Positions 35,761-45,633 are shown, numbered from the stretch's first letter. The stretch is DNA of 61,990 bases from Patescibacteria group bacterium (GCA_019745315.1 JAIETH010000005.1:1-61990); one strand, 5' to 3'. Made by a program: numbers and translations. Notes: a model not told the origin generated them from the letters alone.

Positions 35761-36363
35761 TTAGAGCAACGGTATGTTTGAAAACCGTGTTTCAGGAACG
35801 CTCCAGTTTATGTTTCTCAAAAATGCATCAACATATTTTTTCTTTTCACTCGGCAGAAAGTCAACCATAAATGCATGCTCCCACATATCCATTGCAAGGA
35901 TTATGGGAAGGCTGCCGAGTTGTCCAAGTTCATGGTCACTCACCCAGGCAACATGTGGTGTGTTACCGATAGGGTCGTGGTAGAGAACTGACCATCCGAT
36001 ACCGCGACTCATGCCAACTTGTATAAAGTGCGAAACGAATGCATCCCATGAACCGTATTTTTCCGTGACCGCTTTTTCAAATGAACTTCCTTCTGCGTGG
36101 TCATGAGGACCTTTTTCAAACTGTGAAAAGTAGTACTCATGCATGCGCATACCATTAAATTCAAATCCCAAACGCCTACGTGTCTCCATGATTGCGTACG
36201 CATTTTTTTCCTTGTCCGTGGTTTCGAGGTGCTGTATCTGTTCACGGAGAGCGTTCACGTGCTTGACGTATCCTTCGTACAGTCCGATATGAGCAGTCAC
36301 CTGTTTTTCTGAGAGGTCTATAAGGTCAGGGAGATCAAACTTTTTTATTTCGTATGTATGCAT
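35761..36363 (-). CDS. sod: Fe/Mn superoxide dismutase
   Basis: HIGLYEGYV, FNGMRMHEYYF, GIGW, LAMDMWEHAF. Confidence 0.9.
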   Translation of the reverse strand: MHTYEIKKFDLPDLIDLSEKQVTAHIGLYEGYVKHVNALREQIQHLETTDKEKNAYAIMETRRRLGFEFNGMRMHEYYFSQFEKGPHDHAEGSSFEKAVTEKYGSWDAFVSHFIQVGMSRGIGWSVLYHDPIGNTPHVAWVSDHELGQLGSLPIILAMDMWEHAFMVDFLPSEKKKYVDAFLRNINWSVPETRFSNIPLL

Positions 36364-36478
36364 ATATGTTCTGATTACTTAGGGTACAGTATAGCATTGA
36401 GAAAAGAGGTCTATAGCGGAGGCTCTTGTGGTGTGTATAGCTCCTTGCGAAATTGAAGGGGGGTCGTATCATACATAT

Positions 36479-36694
36479 ATGTATACAGCTCTTAGGTTTC
36501 TCATTATCCTCGGACTCATATTTTGGCTTTTCGTTATGTACGAGAAAGCCAATCCAAATCTTCCGCTCCCTTCTTTTTCTGTTGATGATGCAACGAGATC
36601 AGAAAAATGCGCACAATATGCAAAGACTACTGACGCGGGTACAAGTATGGACTATCGCGATCGTATCAAGCAGTTTTTGGCTGGATGTTGGTAA
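36479..36694 (+). CDS. Small membrane-anchored protein with a Cys pair
   Basis: MYTALRFLIILGLIFWLFV...EKC...AGCW. TTGCGA-16 nt-TATCAT, then 6 nt to the ATG. Confidence 0.6.
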   Translation: MYTALRFLIILGLIFWLFVMYEKANPNLPLPSFSVDDATRSEKCAQYAKTTDAGTSMDYRDRIKQFLAGCW

Positions 36695-36697
36695 TAC

Positions 36698-37582
36698 ATG
36701 GAAATCTCCAAGGATACAAAAGCATCGAATGCACGTGTGTTCATCGTTGGTCTCTGTATTATCACGTTAGCACTACTCAGCTTTGTTCTCTTTGTAGATA
36801 GAATTCAAAACAAAACATTGAAGGTGGTTTTCTTTGACGTTGGTCAGGGAGACGCTATTTGGATTGAAACTCCGGGAGGGGTACAGGTACTCATTGATGG
36901 GGGGAGGGATAGAAGTGTGGTGCGCGCACTTTCTGGTGAAATGAGTTTCTTCGATAGATCAATTGATATGGTTGTAGCAACGCACGAAGACGCTGATCAT
37001 GTAGGAGGTTTGCCTGAAGTTTTTGACCGCTATGACGTTGATACTTTTTTACGCACTGAAAATCAAGGGGAGGGTACTGCGGCGAAGCGCATTGATAGTA
37101 TAAACGAGAGTTCTGGTAGTGATGTTGTGTATGCGCGTACGGGTATGAATTTTGATCTCGGTACAGGAGTTTTTCTTTCAGTCGTATTCCCTGATCGAAA
37201 TGTGGCTGGACTTGAGACAAACACATCCTCAATTATTCTCAAGCTCGTCTATGGATCTTCAGAATTTTTACTCACAGGCGATTCGCCTGATGAAATAGAG
37301 AAGTATTTAGTTGCTGGGAATGTAGATCTCGTGAGTGACGTGCTTAAGTTGGGGCATCATGGATCTAAGACTTCAACCTCAGAAGAGTTTCTGGAACGTG
37401 TAAATCCTGTGTATGCAGTAGTGTCGGCAGGCAAAGATAATTCGTACGGACATCCTCATCCAGAGGTTACCCAAAGAGTTGCTGCACAGAGTGTCGAGCT
37501 GTTGTCGACGATCGAAGAAGGATCTATTGTTTTTTTGACGGACGGCACAAATCTCCGACATACAAAAAGATGGTGGCACTAA
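36698..37582 (+). CDS. ComEC-associated metallo-beta-lactamase-fold nuclease domain
   Basis: FFDVGQGDA, LIDGG, THEDADHVGG, LLTGDS, LKLGHHGS, ISAG-like VSAG, YGHPH. Confidence 0.9.
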   Translation: MEISKDTKASNARVFIVGLCIITLALLSFVLFVDRIQNKTLKVVFFDVGQGDAIWIETPGGVQVLIDGGRDRSVVRALSGEMSFFDRSIDMVVATHEDADHVGGLPEVFDRYDVDTFLRTENQGEGTAAKRIDSINESSGSDVVYARTGMNFDLGTGVFLSVVFPDRNVAGLETNTSSIILKLVYGSSEFLLTGDSPDEIEKYLVAGNVDLVSDVLKLGHHGSKTSTSEEFLERVNPVYAVVSAGKDNSYGHPHPEVTQRVAAQSVELLSTIEEGSIVFLTDGTNLRHTKRWWH

Positions 37583-37627
37583 AAATCCCTGAGATACTCA
37601 GGGATTTTTAGTGCTATGCGCTTTTCT

Positions 37628-37870
37628 TTAGATAACGCCAGCTTTTGAGAGTGTTTTGAAGGCTCCATTCTTTGCAACAGTACGGAGAGCTTTTGTTGAA
37701 AGAGACACAGTTACGCTCTTTCCGAGCTCAGCCACATAGATGCGCTTCTTTTGGAGGTTTGGGCTTCGGCGAACTTTTCCGCACGGGTTAAATTGGGTCG
37801 CACGAGTGCGATTGCTATAGCGTCCCCCGATTTGGGTTCCTTTTCCAGTGATTTGACAGATTCGAGCCAT
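37628..37870 (-). CDS. rpmB: 50S ribosomal protein L28
   Basis: MARICQITGK...RRSPNLQKKR...LSTKALRT. Confidence 0.9.
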   Translation of the reverse strand: MARICQITGKGTQIGGRYSNRTRATQFNPCGKVRRSPNLQKKRIYVAELGKSVTVSLSTKALRTVAKNGAFKTLSKAGVI

Positions 37871-37931
37871 ATAAATGTGTTTCAGATAGGTACGGGTCAT
37901 GCTATCATACTTCGTATATTTTTCAAGCATT

Positions 37932-38573
37932 ATGGAAATCACCACACTCATTATCATAGCCGCACTCGTTATGTCTATCGTGATCCACGAAGTGGCTCAC
38001 GGCTTTATGGCTAATTGGCTGGGAGACCCAACCGCTCGTCTTGCTGGGAGACTCACCCTTAATCCCGTCTCTCATGCAGATCCTATAGGCTCGGTCATAT
38101 TGCCGGGATTCCTCGCTCTGACGGGTTCAGGGCTCCTCTTTGGATGGGCGAAGCCAGTACCGTATAACCCATATAACTTAAAGAACCAGCGGTGGGGCGA
38201 GGTCCTTGTTGCTGCGGCTGGTCCTGCAGTAAATATAGTAATTGCTCTTGTTTTCTCCCTTATTATACGACTTGCTCCTGGACTCAGTCTTTCTTCGGCA
38301 TTCCTGGAACTGGCGTCATATATTGTATATATGAATATTGTGTTGGCTTTTTTCAACCTTATTCCTGTTCCTCCTCTCGATGGATCAAAGATTTTAACTG
38401 GCTTCTTACCTCTTTCTCTTGAAATTAAGTACCGTAGATTTGGTGACGCTCTCGCACAGATGGGTGTTCTTTCAATGGTCCTCTTTATATTTATCTTTAT
38501 ATATGTACTCTCGGCGCCTTTCCAAGTGCTTGTTAAGACCATCTTTGCACTCCTTACCGGTTCCCAGTTCTAG
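37932..38573 (+). CDS. Site-2 protease (M50 family)
   Basis: HEVAHG, GRLTLNP, AAAGP, FNLIPVPPLDG. Confidence 0.93.
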   Translation: MEITTLIIIAALVMSIVIHEVAHGFMANWLGDPTARLAGRLTLNPVSHADPIGSVILPGFLALTGSGLLFGWAKPVPYNPYNLKNQRWGEVLVAAAGPAVNIVIALVFSLIIRLAPGLSLSSAFLELASYIVYMNIVLAFFNLIPVPPLDGSKILTGFLPLSLEIKYRRFGDALAQMGVLSMVLFIFIFIYVLSAPFQVLVKTIFALLTGSQF

Positions 38574-38605
38574 TTGCTTTTTTGTAAAAGAGTGCTATTA
38601 TAGTA

Positions 38606-38830
38606 AATAGAGAACGGCACGCCCACCCCCTGCTTTGGCACCGTCTCTGATGACGCGGAGAGGGACGACCCCCCTCAACCCTCAAAAAAACCGTGTTGTC
38701 GGCTCTGGCGGGAGGCTCACCCTACTATTGTGGCCTCCCGCCACCCCCTCTTGTTCTTTCTTTTGATCATCACGCTGTTCCATCCTCACCTTTGGTGAGG
38801 ATTAATGCTTTCTACTTTCTAAGAAAGTAG
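38606..38830 (+). other. GC-rich structured intergenic transcript candidate
   Basis: Promoter-like TTGTAA...TATAGT upstream. 11-bp hairpin at 38706-38743 followed by GTTCTT, plus two more hairpins. Confidence 0.35.
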
Positions 38831-38926
38831 AAGAGATTACTTGCAAATTTCTATATGAAATAGTACAGTACACGCACTCTCTGAATCTGGCGCACGCCAT
38901 CTTTTGAGGTATTGAATAACAACTAC

Positions 38927-39334
38927 ATGTCTACTATAAATCAGCTTACACGCCGCAAGCGACAAAATACTGCACGCAAAAGCAAGACAGGTGCTTTGTC
39001 GACTGGTTTCAATACGCTCAAGAATCAGCCAAACTATTTCAATTCTCCATTCAAGCGTGGAGTATGTACAAAGGTAACAACAAAAACTCCTCGTAAGCCT
39101 AACTCTGCTATTCGAAAGATTGCTCGCGTACGTCTTACAAACCACCAGGAAATCACTGCATATATTCCAGGTATTGGACATACACTCCAAGAGCACTCAG
39201 TGGTATTGGTTCGTGGAGGTCGCGTAAAGGACATTGGAGTGCAGTACACTATTGTTCGTGGTAAGTACGATGCAACTGGTGTAGCTAAACGAGCAAACGG
39301 TCGCTCTCGATACGGAGCAAAGGCGCCAAAGTAA
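38927..39334 (+). CDS. rpsL: 30S ribosomal protein S12
   Basis: [39 protein letters not shown]. Confidence 0.98.
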   Translation: MSTINQLTRRKRQNTARKSKTGALSTGFNTLKNQPNYFNSPFKRGVCTKVTTKTPRKPNSAIRKIARVRLTNHQEITAYIPGIGHTLQEHSVVLVRGGRVKDIGVQYTIVRGKYDATGVAKRANGRSRYGAKAPK

Positions 39335-39370
39335 TTTCCTTATTTCAATACTTTTTAAATAACACTCACG

Positions 39371-39844
39371 ATGCGACGACCAATCAAAAAACGAGCAGCA
39401 CTTCGCCCAGATGGCACACATAACTCAGTGTATGTGACGCGTCTTATTAACTATGTCATGCAGCGCGGACAGAAGGAGACTGCACGTGGCATTGTCTACA
39501 AAGCTTTTGAGATTATCAAGAATGCTCCAGAAGGAGGAGGTGAGCCTGTAGAAGTTTTGGAAACAGCGCTTCGAAATGCTGGTCCTCAGATGGAAGTACG
39601 ATCACGACGTGTGGGAGGAGCGAACTATCAGGTTCCTCGCGAAGTTCGTCCAGAGCGTCGTACGGCTTTGGCGCTGCGTTGGATGATCGCTGCTGCTCGT
39701 AGCCACAAGGGAAAGCCTATGGCAGAAGCATTGGCATCCGAGCTCATGGCTGCTGCAAAAGAGCAGGGGGTAGCGGTAAAGAAGAAGGAAGATACGCACC
39801 GCATGGCAGAAGCAAACCGAGCCTTTGCACACTTTGCTTGGTAA
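39371..39844 (+). CDS. rpsG: 30S ribosomal protein S7
   Basis: [29 protein letters not shown]. Confidence 0.98.
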   Translation: MRRPIKKRAALRPDGTHNSVYVTRLINYVMQRGQKETARGIVYKAFEIIKNAPEGGGEPVEVLETALRNAGPQMEVRSRRVGGANYQVPREVRPERRTALALRWMIAAARSHKGKPMAEALASELMAAAKEQGVAVKKKEDTHRMAEANRAFAHFAW

Positions 39845-40026
39845 TTTGAATTAATTGTATAGAAAAAAGAAAAACCGCTCTCGCGGTTTTTCTTTTTTCT
39901 AATTGCACCAGGTATACATTTAGTATATAGTGTGCGCACTGTTAGGTACCAAAAACGTCCTGCCTCACAGCGAGGATTTTTTTGTCTCACACATTTATTT
40001 AATTATTATTTTGTATTTATTTTGGT

Positions 40027-42177
40027 ATGGCACGAGCATTTCCACTAGAAAAACTTCGTAACTTCGGTATTGTTGCGCACGTTGACGCGGGTAAGACCAC
40101 GACATCTGAGCGTGTGCTTTTCTATACCGGAATGAGTCACAAGATTGGTGAAGTGCACGATGGAGCAACTGTCACTGACTGGATGGAACAAGAGCGCGAG
40201 CGCGGTATCACTATTACTGCCGCTGCTATTTCATGTAACTGGACTAAGTCAGAAGAGAAGGATCGAAATAACGATGCATTGAAGTACACTTTCAACATCA
40301 TCGATACTCCAGGACACATCGACTTTACCGCTGAAGTGAAGCGTTCAATGCGTGTACTCGATGGCGCAATTGTGGTGTTTGACGGAGTGGCAGGAGTGGA
40401 GCCACAGTCAATGACAAACTGGCGCTATGCTGATGAAGCCGGAGTTCCTCGTATTTGTTTTATTAACAAAATGGATCGTACAGGAGCGTCATTTGAAAAG
40501 TCATATGAAAGCGTTTTGCGTAAGCTTTCAAAGAAAGCAGTACGTATCCAGCTTCCAATTGGAGCAGAAGGAGACTTTGATGGCGTGATTGATCTCATCA
40601 AAATGAAGGCTTTCAAGTTTGAAGGGGAAATGGGAATGAACGTTATCGAATATGATATTCCTGAAAACCTTCTGGCTGACGCACAAAAAGCTCGTGCAGA
40701 AATGATTGAAAAAATCGTTGAGCATGACGACGCTCTTATGAATGCGTACCTTGAGGGAGTAGAGCCAACGATGGAGCAGGTGAAGGCAACACTCCGTAAG
40801 GCAGTGATTGGAAATAAGATTTTCCCCGTAATGACAGGGTCTGCGCTTCGCAACAAAGGAGTACAGCTTGTACTTGATGCCGTGGTTGACTATCTTCCGT
40901 CTCCGGTTGACCTTCCTCCAACAAGGGGAACAAATCCTAATACAGAAGAGGCAGTAACACGAAACCCTTCAGATACTGATCCTTTCTGTGCGCTTGCATT
41001 TAAGCTCCAGAAAGATCCATTTGTGGGGCAGCTTGCCTTCTTCCGTGTGTACTCAGGAACAGTAAAAGCAGGAAGCTATATTTATAACTCAACGACTGGA
41101 GAAAAAGAGCGACTCGGACGTATCGTGCGTCTTCAGGCTGATAAGCGTCAGGAAGTTGAAGAGGTATACGCAGGAGAAATTGCTGCAGCTGTTGGTCTTA
41201 AAGAAGTAAAGACTTCACACACACTCTGTGACGAAGCTCACCCGATTGTTCTTGAGAAGATTATCTTCCCAGAGCCAGTGGTTGCGATGCGTATTGAGCC
41301 AAAAACTAAGGGAGATCAAGAAAAAATGGGAATGGCGCTCAAGAGTCTTTCTGATGAGGATCCAACATTCCATATATCATCTGATGCTGAAACAATGGAG
41401 ACTATCATCTCAGGAATGGGAGAGCTCCACCTCGAAATTCTTGTGGATCGTATGAAGCGAGAATTTGGTGTACAGGCAGATACTGGCAAGCCACAGGTTG
41501 CGTACCGAGAAACTATTCGTCGCGGAGCTGAAGCAGAGCATAAATACATTAAGCAGTCTGGAGGTAAGGGTCAGTATGGTCACGTGAAGATTCGTATTAA
41601 GCCTATGGAGAAGCTCGAGGAAGGAGCAACCGTTGCTAAAAACGTATCTCGTGAAGATCACTTTGAATTTATAAACAACATTAAGGGAGGAGCAATTCCA
41701 GGAGAGTATATTCCTGCAGTTCAGAAGGGTGTGAAAGAGGCTATGGAGCGTGGGTTTGTTGCTGGATACAAGATGGAAGATGTTTCTGTCGAACTGTATG
41801 ATGGTAGCTACCACGACGTAGACTCAAGTGAAATTGCCTTTAAGCTTGCAGGTATTATGGCCTTCAAGGAAGCTGCTGAGAAAGCTGATCCGGTAATTCT
41901 TGAGCCAATCATGAAGGTGGTTGTGACAACTCCTGTTGAATTCGTGGGAGATGTTTCAGGAAGTATCTCTTCAAAGCGTGGACAGATTGAAAGTACTGCT
42001 GAAAGTAACGACACAGACCGTATCATTACCTCTCAGGTTCCTCTTAAGGAAATGTTTGGATATACCACAAACCTCCGATCTATGACCAAGGGTCAGGCAT
42101 CCATGGTGATGGAATTCGATCACTATGAGGTGGTTCCAGGAAACGTTGCAGCTGAAATCAAGGCCTCACGAGCATAA
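40027..42177 (+). CDS. fusA: Elongation factor G
   Basis: AHVDAGKTTT, ERGITI, DTPGH, NKMD, KQSGGKGQYGHV. Confidence 0.98.
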   Translation: MARAFPLEKLRNFGIVAHVDAGKTTTSERVLFYTGMSHKIGEVHDGATVTDWMEQERERGITITAAAISCNWTKSEEKDRNNDALKYTFNIIDTPGHIDFTAEVKRSMRVLDGAIVVFDGVAGVEPQSMTNWRYADEAGVPRICFINKMDRTGASFEKSYESVLRKLSKKAVRIQLPIGAEGDFDGVIDLIKMKAFKFEGEMGMNVIEYDIPENLLADAQKARAEMIEKIVEHDDALMNAYLEGVEPTMEQVKATLRKAVIGNKIFPVMTGSALRNKGVQLVLDAVVDYLPSPVDLPPTRGTNPNTEEAVTRNPSDTDPFCALAFKLQKDPFVGQLAFFRVYSGTVKAGSYIYNSTTGEKERLGRIVRLQADKRQEVEEVYAGEIAAAVGLKEVKTSHTLCDEAHPIVLEKIIFPEPVVAMRIEPKTKGDQEKMGMALKSLSDEDPTFHISSDAETMETIISGMGELHLEILVDRMKREFGVQADTGKPQVAYRETIRRGAEAEHKYIKQSGGKGQYGHVKIRIKPMEKLEEGATVAKNVSREDHFEFINNIKGGAIPGEYIPAVQKGVKEAMERGFVAGYKMEDVSVELYDGSYHDVDSSEIAFKLAGIMAFKEAAEKADPVILEPIMKVVVTTPVEFVGDVSGSISSKRGQIESTAESNDTDRIITSQVPLKEMFGYTTNLRSMTKGQASMVMEFDHYEVVPGNVAAEIKASRA

Positions 42178-42185
42178 GCGCGCGT

Positions 42186-42322
42186 GCCTCTTCACGACAT
42201 ACCCTGAAGCGGAGTCGCTTGAAAGGCGATCGGAAGGGTTATGTCGTGAAGAGTGCGGACATAAACGGTCCTTGTATGATGAGAGCTCAGAAAAAACCAG
42301 AGACGTGCTCTGGTTTTTTTGT
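42186..42322 (+). other. Long hairpin plus terminator in the fusA 3' region
   Basis: CTCTTCACGACATACCCT (42188-42205) pairs with AGGGTTATGTCGTGAAGAG (42235-42253). Terminator AAAAAACCAGAG..CTCTGGTTTTTTT follows. Confidence 0.55.
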
Positions 42323-42331
42323 GGGTTTTTC

Positions 42332-42360
42332 TTGACGCATAGGGATGCGTCCTGTACTAT
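42332..42360 (+). promoter_or_regulatory. Sigma-70 promoter for tuf
   Basis: TTGACG-17 nt-TACTAT. The spacer contains the inverted repeat GACGCAT/ATGCGTC. Confidence 0.65.
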
Positions 42361-42547
42361 AACCCGCACTGCACTTTGCTCTTTTTCACTTGAGTCAGGA
42401 GACACTTCTCCGACGCCTGTTTTTTGAAATAGTAGAAAGGTGCAGGGCTATCACAAAGCTTTAAAGTGGTGAATAGGTGGGCACTTTCTCGCGCCTCAGC
42501 TAATCATCAGTTTAATACTGTGAGTTTTATTACATTAATGTATTACT

Positions 42548-43741
42548 ATGGCGGAATCATTCAACCGATCTAAGCCGCACGTAAACGTAGGAACAATTGG
42601 TCACGTTGACCACGGAAAGACTACTCTTACTGCTGCTATCCTTACCGTTCTCAACAAAAGAGGGAATGGTTATTCTGCGTCTGTAAAGGGCGTAGATGAT
42701 ATCGATAAGGCTCCAGAAGAAAAGGCACGAGGTATAACCATTTCTCTTTCTCACTCTGAGTATGAGACACCTCAGCGTCACTACGCACACATCGATGCGC
42801 CAGGACACGCTGACTACATCAAGAACATGATCACAGGAGCTGCGCAGATGGACGGCGCAGTGCTCGTGGTGGCAGCTACAGACGGAGCTATGCCTCAGAC
42901 CAAAGAGCACGTACTTTTGGCTCGTCAGGTTGGAGTACCAAAGATCATCGTATTTTTGAACAAGTGCGACATGGTTGAAGACGAAGATATGATCATGCTT
43001 GTGGAAGAAGAGCTCCGTGAACTCCTTGATAAGCACGGATTTGATGGAAAGAATGCTCCTATCATCAAAGGATCAGGACTTAAGGCTCTTGAGGACCCAT
43101 CAAGCACATGGGGAGATAAGGTTCTTGAGCTCGTTGATGCGATGGACTCATACTTCCCACTTCCGGTTCGTGAAACTGACAAGCCGTTCCTTATGCCGAT
43201 TGAGGACATCTTCTCAATTGAAGGACGCGGAACAGTGGTTACAGGACGTGTTGAGCGCGGTCAGCTTAAAGTTGGAGCAGATATCGAAATTGTCGGTCTT
43301 CACCCAACAACAAAGACGACTATCACTGGTATTGAAATGTTCAATAAGCAGCTCGATTCAGCAATGGCGGGAGACAACGCAGGAGTTCTTATTCGCGGTA
43401 CAAAGAAAGAAGATGTACACCGCGGACAGGTTCTTGCAGCTCCAGGGTCAGTAACTCCTCATACAGAATTTGAAGCAGAAGTATACGTGCTTTCAAAGGA
43501 TGAGGGAGGACGTCACACACCATTCTTCTCAGGATACAAGCCACAGTTCTACATCCGTACAACAGACGTAACAGGAGACGTTACGCTTAAGGAAGGAGTG
43601 GAAATGGTTATGCCAGGAGACACTGTTACTTTCAAAGTAAAGCTTGTAGCTCCAATTGCTCTTGAAGAGCAGAACCGTTTTGCCATCCGTGAGGGAGGTA
43701 AGACAGTAGGAGCGGGTGTTGTAACAAAGATTGTCGCGTAA
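42548..43741 (+). CDS. tuf: Elongation factor Tu
   Basis: [37 protein letters not shown]. Confidence 0.99.
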   Translation: MAESFNRSKPHVNVGTIGHVDHGKTTLTAAILTVLNKRGNGYSASVKGVDDIDKAPEEKARGITISLSHSEYETPQRHYAHIDAPGHADYIKNMITGAAQMDGAVLVVAATDGAMPQTKEHVLLARQVGVPKIIVFLNKCDMVEDEDMIMLVEEELRELLDKHGFDGKNAPIIKGSGLKALEDPSSTWGDKVLELVDAMDSYFPLPVRETDKPFLMPIEDIFSIEGRGTVVTGRVERGQLKVGADIEIVGLHPTTKTTITGIEMFNKQLDSAMAGDNAGVLIRGTKKEDVHRGQVLAAPGSVTPHTEFEAEVYVLSKDEGGRHTPFFSGYKPQFYIRTTDVTGDVTLKEGVEMVMPGDTVTFKVKLVAPIALEEQNRFAIREGGKTVGAGVVTKIVA

Positions 43742-43763
43742 CTCCTTACTAGGAATTAGTATT

Positions 43764-44144
43764 ATGGCCACAACAAAAGCAGAAAAAGGAGAAGAAAAAA
43801 AGCGTGCTCCTCGCCGTGCGGCAGCTTCCCTCGGCGATGTACAGAAGCTTCGCATTCGCGTTCGTGCGTATGAGCACAAGATTCTTGATGCGTCAGTGAA
43901 GCAGATCATGGACACAGCACTTCGCTTTGATGCGCAGGTTGTTGGCCCGATTCCACTTCCTACTGAAATCAAGAAGTATACTGTCAACCGTGCTTCGTTC
44001 GTGTTCAAAGATGCGCGAGAACAATTCGAAATGCGAGTACATAAGCGCGTAATTGACATTGTGTCACCATCTTCAAAAGTTATTGAAGCTTTGACCAATC
44101 TTTCACTCCCTTCAGGAGTATCGATTGATGTAAAGATGATGTAA
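43764..44144 (+). CDS. rpsJ: 30S ribosomal protein S10 with N-terminal extension
   Basis: RIRVRAYEHKILD, GPIPLPT, REQFEMRVHKRVIDI. Confidence 0.97.
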   Translation: MATTKAEKGEEKKRAPRRAAASLGDVQKLRIRVRAYEHKILDASVKQIMDTALRFDAQVVGPIPLPTEIKKYTVNRASFVFKDAREQFEMRVHKRVIDIVSPSSKVIEALTNLSLPSGVSIDVKMM

Positions 44145-44189
44145 AAAAGCTATTAAGCCTAAAAGGTTTAATAGAAAAAACACTATAAA

Positions 44190-44226
44190 AACAAAAAAGA
44201 CCGCTCTAGCAGCGGTCTTTTTTGTT
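44190..44226 (+). terminator. Terminator after rpsJ
   Basis: AACAAAAAAGACCGCT-CTAGC-AGCGGTCTTTTTTGTT. Confidence 0.7.
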
Positions 44227-44282
44227 ATAAACACTGTGGAGGGTTGTGGGTCTTGCGGGGTATAAAAAAAGGAGTACTGTAT

Positions 44283-44591
44283 ATGAGTCGACCATTACAT
44301 GGACGCCGTCCGTGGTGGTGGGCATCAGCCTACAGGAGGACTGAACGATGCAGAGTTGTCCGCGTTCCTTCCACTTCGGCACGAATCGCGCGAAGAACAT
44401 GTCCGAACGCCGCGGCGCCACCGGCCATCCCGAGCAGGGCACGCAGCGCGCCACGGCTTCCCGCATGCTGGGCACCGCCGGCCTGGGCGAGATCGGCTGA
44501 TGATGCACCATCCCGGCACCATGGAGAAGCAGCGCCCGTTGCGCTGCGCCAGGATCCGCGACGGTCCCAATTGTTCGCTTTCGTGACCTGA
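44283..44591 (+). pseudogene. Very GC-rich segment with ambiguous or frameshifted coding signal
   Basis: The GC3-biased frame switches at GGCTGATGATG (about 44505). None of the overlapping ORFs looks like a clean gene. Confidence 0.35.
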
Positions 44592-44780
44592 TGGTCACTG
44601 TCCGTCGGGGAGAGGTCAGAATCCGCTGTCCTCTCCCAGCACTCGTTCTTTTTGAATACATCGACGATTCATTTCGTCACCCGTCCACACTCCTCGCTTC
44701 ATGCGGGGCTTGTTTGTTTCCAATTCCTACACAGGTCTTTCCTGTGTACTGCGTATTTTAAAAAGTTGTATACTGTTTTT

Positions 44781-45536
44781 ATGAAGACTATTTCACTTAA
44801 TACATGGGGCGGGCGGGGAGGAAAAGAAGCTCTGCTCCAGTTCTTTAGAAACAATACAGACACTGATATTTTTTGCTTACAGGAGATATGGAATGGCGGG
44901 GAGGAGATGGTTGGTGTACAAGCGGGAGGAGTTCCACTTGTTGGTATTGCAAACTCGCTGTTAAGCGACATTGCGTCTGTACTTCCTGACCACCAGGTAT
45001 TTTTTCGCCCACACTTTAGAGATTACTATGGCCTCGCAATGCTTGTGAGGAAATCTTTCACAATTCAAGAAGAAGGTGAGGTGTTTGTGTACCAAGAGCG
45101 AGGGTTTGTTTCGCCAGATGAGTATGGAAACCACGCACGTAATATTCAGTATGTGACTCTTCAAGCGGAAGCGGGTATCCGTACGGTTATTAATTTTCAT
45201 GGTCTGTGGAACGGGAAAGGTAAGGGGGATGTAGACGAGAGACTTCTTCAGTCAGCAAATATCATACATTTCGTAGGATCATTGAATCATCCATTTGTGC
45301 TCCTTGGCGACTTCAATCTCCGTCCTGATACAGAAAGTCTGAAAAAATTAGAAGATTTTCCGCTTCGTAACCTTATTCGTGAGTACGGCATTACCTCGAC
45401 CCGTACCAGTTTGTATACAAAAGAAGAGCGTTTTGCTGATTATGCTCTTGTAAGTAATGGTATTGAGGTAGAAGATTTCTGCGTATTGCCTGACGAGGTT
45501 TCTGACCATGCGCCTCTTGCGCTCACGTGGAGGTAG
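44781..45536 (+). CDS. Endonuclease/exonuclease/phosphatase (EEP) family protein
   Basis: ISLNTW, FCLQEI, LGDFNL, ADYAL, SDHAPL. TATACT 6 nt before ATG 44781. Confidence 0.9.
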   Translation: MKTISLNTWGGRGGKEALLQFFRNNTDTDIFCLQEIWNGGEEMVGVQAGGVPLVGIANSLLSDIASVLPDHQVFFRPHFRDYYGLAMLVRKSFTIQEEGEVFVYQERGFVSPDEYGNHARNIQYVTLQAEAGIRTVINFHGLWNGKGKGDVDERLLQSANIIHFVGSLNHPFVLLGDFNLRPDTESLKKLEDFPLRNLIREYGITSTRTSLYTKEERFADYALVSNGIEVEDFCVLPDEVSDHAPLALTWR

Positions 45537-45633
45537 TTTAAGAAAGATAAAAATTGACTGTTCGGTTTTATAAAGTATAATTTTTTAGTCGGATTTGCTT
45601 TCGGGCGATGAAGGCCGTGGGGAGAACTCACGT

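Noticed and set aside
38647-38680. Hammerhead ribozyme (CTGATGA core)
   Set aside because: No GAAA after a stem II and no stem III/NUH site.
44283-44591. TGA recoding (genetic code 25)
   Set aside because: Conserved genes such as clpP and NYN end in TGA, no core gene has an internal TGA, and read-through gives no convincing protein.
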